From positions 32,001-96,000 of the forward strand of contig CAVSGI010000003.1 of assembly GCA_963727445.1 (NCBI GenBank): a DNA stretch of 64,000 bases. Reading direction: 5' to 3'. Positions 57,138-64,000 of this stretch are shown here, piece by piece (position 1 is the stretch's first letter; each line of letters starts with the position of its first letter). A model generated the notes under the pieces. It was given only the letters and a program-made list of their open reading frames with translations. It was not told where the DNA came from and did not search any database. This DNA is from an uncultured delta proteobacterium. GTDB taxonomy: Bacteria; Myxococcota_A; Polyangia; Polyangiales; B10-G4. The position numbers were made by a program, and so were the translations under genes.

Positions 57138-57719
57138 CGGGCGCCCTCCGTGACCAGACGCTTCACGTAGTCGACGAAGACCTCGAGGTCCACGGCCGCC
57201 TCCTGGCTGCCGTGCTCCATGAGCATCTCCCCACTGTCGTTCCAGTGCACGAGGCCCATGCCGTCGAGGTCGCGCACCACCGTGGGCGCCACTGCGCCGA
57301 TCCCGTGCCGCACCCGATACAGACCCTGGGAGAGGCTGTAGGTGCGGTACGCGCCCGGCCGCTCCGGATGGCTCTCGAGGAAGAGCACCACCTCGTCGTT
57401 CACCGCGAAGCGGGGGGTGCCGGCGATCCACATGCCGCGGTCCTGGACCTGGCCGCCGCGCTCGCGGATCGTCACGGTCGGCGCATCGCCGCCTTTAATC
57501 CAGCGGAGCACGCGCACCTCGGTGACGGTGATCGGCTCGTTGTGCTCCATGTCCCAACGGCTTCCGGTCTCGGTGACCACACCGTGGACGATGGCGTCGG
57601 AGCGCTGGGTCAGCTCCTCGAGCGTGATCTCGCTCGATGACCGTGGCATAGGCCACGACGCTGACGGAGAAGGTGGCCAGGGCGATGGCGCCCGCGGCGG
57701 CGGTTCTACGTAGGGACAT
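57134..57719 (-). CDS. Secreted hypothetical protein translationally coupled to the matrixin; frameshift near 57640
   Basis: Signal peptide MSLRRTAAAGAIALATFSVSVVAYA; then TLEELTQRSDAIVHGVV...V.V.RWIKG...GGQV...GTPRF...EVVLFL. Confidence 0.75.
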
Positions 57720-57785
57720 CTCGGCTTCCTCCCACCCGCGAAGAAGGGGGAATCTTAGGTAGCACGCGTGAGGTACGACTTCCGC

Positions 57786-58580
57786 CTACCCCGGGGCCGG
57801 GACTTCCAAAGAGGCCGCCTGGCCAGGGGGGGTGAGCCGTAAGTACTTGGAAAGACGGTAAACACCGACATAGAAGGGGAGCGTATCGAGCAGGGCGGCC
57901 AACAATTTGAAAACATAGCCAGCCGCGATGAAAGCGAGGAGCTGGGCGGCCACGGAGGCCTCCCCGTGCATCGGAAGCGCCCCGACCATGTAGGTGATCA
58001 GGATCACCGCCACGGTGTCCACCATCTGGCTGACCATGGTCGAGCCGTTGTTTCGCAGCCACAGGTGCTTGCCTTTGGTCAGCGCTTTCCAGAAGTGGAA
58101 GAGCTGCACGTCGACGAGCTGGGCGACGAGATAGGCGATCATCGAGGCCGTCACCGCGCCGAAGGTCAGCGTCCGGATCCTCATGAAGACGCTCTCGCCA
58201 GGGGGCGTCGCCGAAGGAAGGACGCCGCCGAGCCAGACGATGAAGACCACCCAGGCGTTGAGCAGCAGGCCCATCATCACGACCTCGTTGGCGCGCCGTC
58301 GCCCGTAGAGCTCGCAGATGAAGTCGGTGCAGAGGAAGGTCAGCGGATAGGGGAGCACCCCGACCGCCAGCGGTACCGGGACCTTCACGCCGAAGACCGT
58401 GAAGCTCAGATCGATGAAGTGACTGATGCCGAGGATGTTGAGCATCGTCAGCGTACCGAGAAAGAGGCCGGCCAGGACCAGATAGACCCGCTCCCGGCGG
58501 GCGTGGAGCTCGGCCACCGAGAGTGTTTCGAGGCCCTCGTAGGGATGCTGCTCGGTGGGCAGGGGCGCGGCGTGACCCAT
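57786..58580 (-). CDS. yhhQ: Queuosine precursor transporter (YhhQ/VUT family)
   Basis: GVLPYPLTFLCTDFICELYGRRRA, ASMIAYLVAQLVDV, LWLRNNGSTMVSQMVDT, ALLDTLPFY. Confidence 0.9.
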   Translation of the reverse strand: MGHAAPLPTEQHPYEGLETLSVAELHARRERVYLVLAGLFLGTLTMLNILGISHFIDLSFTVFGVKVPVPLAVGVLPYPLTFLCTDFICELYGRRRANEVVMMGLLLNAWVVFIVWLGGVLPSATPPGESVFMRIRTLTFGAVTASMIAYLVAQLVDVQLFHFWKALTKGKHLWLRNNGSTMVSQMVDTVAVILITYMVGALPMHGEASVAAQLLAFIAAGYVFKLLAALLDTLPFYVGVYRLSKYLRLTPPGQAASLEVPAPG

Positions 58581-59959
58581 CAGCCGAGCCCCCGCCTCAG
58601 GCCCACCCGCTCGATGCCGCGATAGGCCTGATGCTCACGCCCTGCCCGTTTCGCGTCGCCGATGGCCTCGTAGAGCGCGGGGACGGCGATGGAGACCTTT
58701 CCACGTTCAGAGACGGCGGCTTCGAGGGCGCGAGCGACCTCGGCCGCGTCCACCCCGGCCTCGAGCACGAGCTTGCCGCGGACGATGCGATGATCTTCGG
58801 CGGGCGCGTGTGCGTGCTTCACAAGCACCTCGCCCGCCGCGCAGCGTGGACAGACCGACTCGACTCTCGCCGCGAGGACGAAGAGGCGCGCGCCCTCGGG
58901 AAGCGCCTCGCCCAGGGACGCGAGGTCGCCCTCGGCTTGCTCGAGCGCGACGAAGCGCAGGCGGCGCTCGTCGCCGCGGCGAAGGATCTCGAGGAGCGCG
59001 AAGCGGGGGATCACGCGCGCCGTGTCGTCGTCGAGCCTCACCTCTCGGCGCCCGACCGGGACCCCGTCCCACAGAACCACGTCCCCGTAGTCGACGGGCG
59101 CGTCGCGGAGGGTCGGGGGCTCGATCACGCCGTGACAGGGGCTCAGCGGCGCGACCGACACCACCTCGAAGCTCAGCGCCTGGTCCGGGACCTCCGCGCC
59201 GATCTCGTGACCATCGCCGCGGGTCGGTATGCGGAGCTCGACCGGGGCGAGGCCGCGGGCGATGGGCATGCCGGCCTGGTTGACCTCGATCTCGATGCCG
59301 AGCGCGGACCAGGCCCGGCGCGCGTCCTCGCCCCGCCCGAGACCCGTCGCCGTCACGGCGAGGTTGAACAGGAGCGCGCGCCCCTGTTGGCCGAGCGCGC
59401 GGGCCGCGTCGAAATCGTCGTACGCATCGGCGAGCTCACCGCGGCTCTTGTGGAAGAGGCCGCGGTCGAAGCGGAAGCCCGCCTCTCGCGGCAGGGCCGC
59501 GATGGCGCGCGCGAACGCCGCTCGTGCCTCGTCGTCACGGGCGCGCGACGTCAAACGAAGCGCGTTGGCGAGGTTGATCTGCACGAAGGGTGAGAGCGAC
59601 TCGGGGACCGAAGCGGGATCGAGCGCTTCGAGCAGCGTGAGGGCTTCGGTGGCGAGAGGATCGCCCGTGGCCGGGCTGTCGACGGGCTTCTGCGACGAGA
59701 CGGCGAGGAGCGTCGAGGCCGCCGACACGACGACGTCGGGCGACGAGTCGAAGGCCCGGGCGATGGTCTGCACGGACGTCAGGAGCGCCTTGGGGGAGAG
59801 CCCCGACAGAGCGCGGGTCGTCTCGAGCCAGGTGAGCGCGAGCGGCGCGCCGCCGGCGGCGACCGCGTCTGGCGGGGGCAGAAGGGAGAGCGCCGCATCG
59901 GCGTCGCCGCGTGCGAGCGCGGCCTCGATGGCCTGCCGGAGCCTCGTGATGTCCTGCAT
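58580..59959 (-). CDS. TPR-containing hypothetical protein
   Basis: Helical repeats (INLANALR..ARAAFARA, FDRGLFHKSRG, LFNLAVTATGLG), then a beta-rich domain with VDYGDVVLWDG and CPRC. Confidence 0.7.
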   Translation of the reverse strand: MQDITRLRQAIEAALARGDADAALSLLPPPDAVAAGGAPLALTWLETTRALSGLSPKALLTSVQTIARAFDSSPDVVVSAASTLLAVSSQKPVDSPATGDPLATEALTLLEALDPASVPESLSPFVQINLANALRLTSRARDDEARAAFARAIAALPREAGFRFDRGLFHKSRGELADAYDDFDAARALGQQGRALLFNLAVTATGLGRGEDARRAWSALGIEIEVNQAGMPIARGLAPVELRIPTRGDGHEIGAEVPDQALSFEVVSVAPLSPCHGVIEPPTLRDAPVDYGDVVLWDGVPVGRREVRLDDDTARVIPRFALLEILRRGDERRLRFVALEQAEGDLASLGEALPEGARLFVLAARVESVCPRCAAGEVLVKHAHAPAEDHRIVRGKLVLEAGVDAAEVARALEAAVSERGKVSIAVPALYEAIGDAKRAGREHQAYRGIERVGLRRGLG

Positions 59960-59995
59960 GACGCGCCGAGCTTTACACGAGCACGGGATCCACGC

Positions 59996-60256
59996 CGCCC
60001 CTCTGAGAGAAGGCGGCGCGCCGCCGGAGCGGAGGAACGCCAAAGGGCGGGCGCCGCCCAGAGGCGGTCCAGAGCGCAGGCGGCGCGCCGCCGGCAGTGC
60101 TCATTCGCCCCTCTGAGAGAAGGCGGCGCGCCGCCGGAGCGGAGGAACGCCAAAGGGCGGGGGCCGCCCGGAGGCGGTCCAGAGCGCAGGCGGCGCGCCG
60201 CCGGCAGTGCTCATTCGCCCCTCTGAGAGAAGGCGGCGCGCCGCCGGCAGTGCTCA
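59996..60256. repeat. 110-bp intergenic tandem repeat (about 2.3 units) rich in palindromes
   Basis: CTCTGAGAGA at 60001, 60111, 60221; perfect 14-bp palindrome GGCGGCGCGCCGCC at 60012, 60079, 60122, 60189, 60232. Confidence 0.9.
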
Positions 60257-61379
60257 CTCCAGCCGCTGTGGCCGGCGCGGGGGCGCGGCGAGCTCGACGG
60301 TGGTGTCTCCGTGGAGCTGGCCGGGGGGCACGGTCAAGGTGAGGGTCGCCCGGTCACCCGGCCGGTGCTGCAGGAGCAAGCGGGTCAGGTCGTCCCAGCC
60401 GCGCACGGGCTCGCCGTCCATCGCGAGGATCACGTAGCCCGTCCAGGGCACGTTCATTCTGCGCACCACCCGCGGCGCTGGATCGAGGGCCCCCCGAACG
60501 CCGGCGACCGCGGCGGGGCCCCCGGGGATCACCCGCTGGACCCGCACCCCGTGCATGCCGAAGCCGTCGAACTCCTCGCCCTCGATGCCGAGCCACACGG
60601 GCAGGGGCGCCTCGAGAACGACCTCCGCGCCGCTGCCCTCCCCTCCTCGTGGCTGTGCGCGCTCGGCGATCTCTGCGCGGCGGTGGCGTAGCGCGCTGAC
60701 GAGCTCGCGGACGAGATTCGAGGGGACGGCGAAGCCGATGCCTTCGCTCCCTCCCGTGCGGGAGATGATGAGGGTGTTGACGCCGATCACCTCGCCTCGA
60801 CTGTCGACGAGCGGTCCACCGGAATTGCCGGGGTTGATGGGAGCGTCGGTCTGGATCAGACCGCGGATGCGTCCGTCGCCGACGCCGCGGAGGTTGTCGC
60901 GGCGCGCGCTCACGATCCCCTGCGTGAGCGTTCCCGAGAGCCCGTGGGGGCTTCCGTATGCGAGCACGGACTGACCGACGCGCACCCGGTCCGAGTCGGC
61001 GAGGCCGATGGGCGGCGACGGGCTCTCCTCCACCGAAAGGATGGCGGAGATCCTTGCGCCCGTCCACCGCGAGGACCTGGGCCTCGAGCACGGTGCCGCC
61101 GGGAAAGTGCACCGCGATCGCGCCGGCCCGGGCGCCGTCGACGACGTGGGCGTTGGTCACGATGAAGCGCTCGCGTCCGACCACGAAGCCCGAGCCGACG
61201 CCCCGCCCGCGGATCGCCACGGTCACGGTCGAGCGGCTGAGGCGCTCCGCGATGGAGATGCGCCGCGCCTCGGTCAGCTCCTGTGCGCTCGCCGGGACGG
61301 CGGCACCGACGAGGAGCAGGACGAGGAGGCGCTGCGCGACGCGGGTCACAGAGACAATTAGATGGGCATGAGCGGCCAT
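60254..61379 (-). CDS. HtrA/DegP-like trypsin serine protease with PDZ domain; frameshift near 61045
   Basis: GSGFVV..IVTNAHVV, TLTQGIVSA, IQTDAPINPGNSGGPL, GIGFAVP, PDZ WLGIEG..VIPGGPAA; start 61379 or GTG 61349. Confidence 0.92.
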
Positions 61380-61504
61380 CGATTCAACCCGAAGACGCGG
61401 ACGGCCCTCGGCCGGCAACCTCGGTCTTGCCCCTGGCGGCAAACCCCGATTACCCTCGGGCGGTTCGAAGGGCGCTGATTTCCCTGTCGAATTTCGAGGC
61501 GGAC

Positions 61505-62260
61505 GTGCAGAGACACGGTGCTGGACTGACGGATGTGGGGCGACGCAGAGTCGTCAACGAGGACTCGTTCTTTCTCGATGACGAGCTCGGGCTCTACATC
61601 GTGGCGGATGGGATGGGCGGCCACGCCGCCGGCGAGATCGCGAGCAAGGAAGCGGTCGACACCGTCCACGGCATGGTGAAGCGCGGCTTCGAATGCGTGG
61701 ACAAGCTCCTCGGCGGCGACGAGTCGCCGGAGAACTTCCGCAAGGTGATGCGCCTCGTCGAGAGCGCGGCGCAGGCGGCCACCTACATGGTGTTTGCGAT
61801 CGCACAAAACGAGCCCGAGCAGCACGGCATGGGCACCACCCTGTCGGTGCTGCTGCTCACCGAGAAATACGGCTTCACGGCGCAGGTCGGCGACAGCCGC
61901 GTCTATCTGGTGCGCGACGGCTATTCGACGCAGCTCACGGAAGACCACACCCTCGTCGCCTGGCAGTTGAAGCAGGGGATCATCACCGAGGACGAGGCCG
62001 CGGTCTCGCCCCACAAGAACGTGATCACCCGGGCCGTGGGCAGCCGCGAGTACGTCCAGGTCGACACCCACATGTTCGAGATCCAGACCGGCGACAGCTT
62101 CCTCATCTGCTCGGACGGCCTCCACGGCTACCTGAAGGACGAGGAGATCCCCAGCGTCATCGACCTCGGCCCCCCCACCGCCGTCCGCAAGTTCATCGAG
62201 CTCGCCAACGAGCGCGGCGGCCGCGACAACATCACGGCCGTCATCGTGGAGATACAGTAG
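61505..62260 (+). CDS. PP2C-type (Stp1/PrpC-like) Ser/Thr phosphatase
   Basis: TDVGRRRVVNED, VADGMGGHAAGEIAS, GMGTT, VGDSRVY, QLTEDH, CSDGL, GGRDNIT. Confidence 0.95.
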   Translation: MQRHGAGLTDVGRRRVVNEDSFFLDDELGLYIVADGMGGHAAGEIASKEAVDTVHGMVKRGFECVDKLLGGDESPENFRKVMRLVESAAQAATYMVFAIAQNEPEQHGMGTTLSVLLLTEKYGFTAQVGDSRVYLVRDGYSTQLTEDHTLVAWQLKQGIITEDEAAVSPHKNVITRAVGSREYVQVDTHMFEIQTGDSFLICSDGLHGYLKDEEIPSVIDLGPPTAVRKFIELANERGGRDNITAVIVEIQ

Positions 62261-62277
62261 GAGCGGGCGGAGGCGCA

Positions 62278-62372
62278 GGGGACGCTAGATTGACAATTGA
62301 CTTTCGCCGCCCCGGCTTCTGAAAAGTCCGGCGTTCGTGTGGGCGAAAGTCAATTGTCAATCTAGCGTCCCC
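62278..62372. mobile_element. Miniature inverted-repeat element, copy 2 (MITE/REPIN-like)
   Basis: Perfect 31-bp inverted arms 62278-62308 and 62342-62372, same arm sequence as copy 1; unrelated 33-bp spacer. Confidence 0.7.
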
Positions 62373-62478
62373 CGTCTTGTGATACCTCACAAGACGAGTA
62401 CGAGGACTGCACACTCCTCGCTACACTGCCGCCACGCGCTTCGCGCGTGGGGTGGTTCGGCGGCAGTTGGAGGTTTCG

Positions 62479-64000
62479 ATGCGGTGGATTCTTGCTTTGG
62501 TGTTGATTGGTTCCGGCTGCACCTCGGGGGGCCGCGTGCCGGTGGGGGACGCGGGGCTCGACACCTCGATGATGCGTACCTGTGAGAACGACGTCGACTC
62601 GGACGGCGACGGGCTCCTCGACGACTTCGAAGGAACCGGCGACAGCGACGGCGACGGCACGCCCGACTATCTCGACACCGACTCCGACAACGACGGCCTC
62701 TCCGACGCGATGGAGAAAGGCGACCTCGGCAACTGCAACGCCATCAACACCGACGGCGACGCCTACTTCGACTACCTCGACAACGACTCCGACAACGACG
62801 GCCTGAGCGACCGCGACGAGACCGAGGTCTACTTCACGGATCCGACGAACGAAGACAGCGACGGCGACGGCTTCAGCGACACGGCGGAGATCGCCACGGG
62901 GCACGATCCTCTCGACGCCAGCGATGGCCTCGCGGACGACGACTTCTACGTGGTGCTTCCCTTCGGCGACCCCGCGGTGGAGCAGGACTTCGTCTTCGGC
63001 ACCACCGTGCGCAAGGCGGACGTCTTCTTCATGGTCGACGGCACCGGCTCGATGACTGGCGAGATCAGCCAGCTCAAGAGCAGCCTTTCGAGCATCGTAC
63101 CGGAGATGGTGAGCGCTCTGACCGATGTGGGTGTCGGGTTCGGTGGGTTTGCTGGGTTCGGTGGTGACGCGGCAGGTACGGTGACCGACCCCTTCCTTGG
63201 CATCACCCTCCCGCAGGACGGCCCCGACGGTGACGAGCCCTTCCACCTCTACTCCGTGATCACCACCGAGCTCTCCCAGATGCTGACGGACGTCATGTCC
63301 GTCGACGCGCCCTACGGCGGCGCCACCTGGGCCTCGAGCAACGAGGCGCTCTTCCAGGCGGCCACCGGCGACGGCTTCGAGCCGTGGCTCGGCCCGCAAA
63401 ACTGCGTCGCCATCCCCGACGAGGAGGGCCGGCGCTACGGCTATCCCTGCTTCCGCCCGGGCGCGCTGCCGATCATGGTGGTCATGACCGACACCTCGTC
63501 GAAGAACGGCCCGGCTGGCGCCGAAACGTACGACGACTCGCTCTTCACCACGCCCCGCGGCCCACACACCTACATGGAGACGCTCAACGAGCTCAGCCGC
63601 ATCGGCGCGCGGGTGATCGGCGTCATCAGCGGTGAAGAGGTGTCGAGCCCCACGCCCATCGCGCAGTTCCGCGAGTGGGCGACGATGACCGGCACCGTCG
63701 ACGCGAGCGGCGCGCCGATCACCTTCATGATCGGCTCGGACGGCTCCGGCCTCGACACCAGCATCGTCGAAGCCATCCGCACGCTCGCGGAGGAGACGCC
63801 CCAGGACATCACCACCCGCACCAGCGACGGCGAGGACATCCCCGAGCAGGACCCCGCGGTCGACGCAACGCTCTTCATCAAGGCCATCACGCCCCTCGAA
63901 GCACACGACGGTGCGACCCTCATCCCGGAGAGCGAGATCCCGCGTGACGACACCACCTTCTACGACGTCACCCCGGGAACGACGGTCACCTTCCGCGTTC
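62479..64000 (+). CDS. Lipoprotein with thrombospondin-type-3-like Ca-binding repeats and a vWA domain; runs off the window (missing from the ORF track)
   Basis: GGAGG RBS; MRWILALVLIGSGC lipobox; DSDGDG..D..E repeats; ADVFFMVDGTGSM MIDAS-like motif; no stop seen before 64000. Confidence 0.85.
   Translation, partial: MRWILALVLIGSGCTSGGRVPVGDAGLDTSMMRTCENDVDSDGDGLLDDFEGTGDSDGDGTPDYLDTDSDNDGLSDAMEKGDLGNCNAINTDGDAYFDYLDNDSDNDGLSDRDETEVYFTDPTNEDSDGDGFSDTAEIATGHDPLDASDGLADDDFYVVLPFGDPAVEQDFVFGTTVRKADVFFMVDGTGSMTGEISQLKSSLSSIVPEMVSALTDVGVGFGGFAGFGGDAAGTVTDPFLGITLPQDGPDGDEPFHLYSVITTELSQMLTDVMSVDAPYGGATWASSNEALFQAATGDGFEPWLGPQNCVAIPDEEGRRYGYPCFRPGALPIMVVMTDTSSKNGPAGAETYDDSLFTTPRGPHTYMETLNELSRIGARVIGVISGEEVSSPTPIAQFREWATMTGTVDASGAPITFMIGSDGSGLDTSIVEAIRTLAEETPQDITTRTSDGEDIPEQDPAVDATLFIKAITPLEAHDGATLIPESEIPRDDTTFYDVTPGTTVTFRV

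Noticed and set aside
58560..58640. preQ1 riboswitch upstream of yhhQ
   Set aside because: The yhhQ start overlaps the upstream stop codon, leaving no leader, and no A-rich preQ1 motif is seen
59996..60256. CRISPR array
   Set aside because: Whole 110-bp units are duplicated; there are no unique spacers

Overview
High-GC chromosomal DNA from a myxobacterium. The gene content (several Ser/Thr kinases, Cys-rich repeat lipoproteins, a MYXO-CTERM-like tail) points to Myxococcota, probably Polyangiales or Sandaracinaceae-like; this taxonomy is inferred. About 50 genes: housekeeping (yfgM-bamB-like pair, lysC, cca, thrB, gap-pgk-tpiA-secG, heterodimeric ABC exporter, S41 and HtrA proteases, queuosine-precursor transporter) mixed with signalling and surface-protein genes. 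No rRNA, tRNA, CRISPR array, transposase or prophage was recognised. Many genes carry 1-bp frameshifts, clustered at about 22-24, 37.5-40.3 and 48.5-55 kb; these are most likely consensus or polishing errors. Highlights: (1) a 28-bp dif-like XerC/XerD site at 2479-2506, suggesting the replication terminus; (2) two copies of a small element with 31-bp inverted arms and unrelated spacers (37282-37370, 62278-62372); (3) a microcompartment satellite locus (two BMC-P vertex genes plus a class II aldolase); (4) a histone-H1-like protein fused to a DUF3102-like domain; (5) an orphan FliA-like sigma factor next to a T3SS inner-rod-like gene; (6) an in-frame amber codon in a large membrane-fused spermidine-synthase-like gene; (7) comEA between two Cys/Asp-repeat lipoproteins, one with a lamin-tail domain; (8) two palindromic REP-like arrays. 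All family assignments come from motif recognition by eye; no database searches were run.
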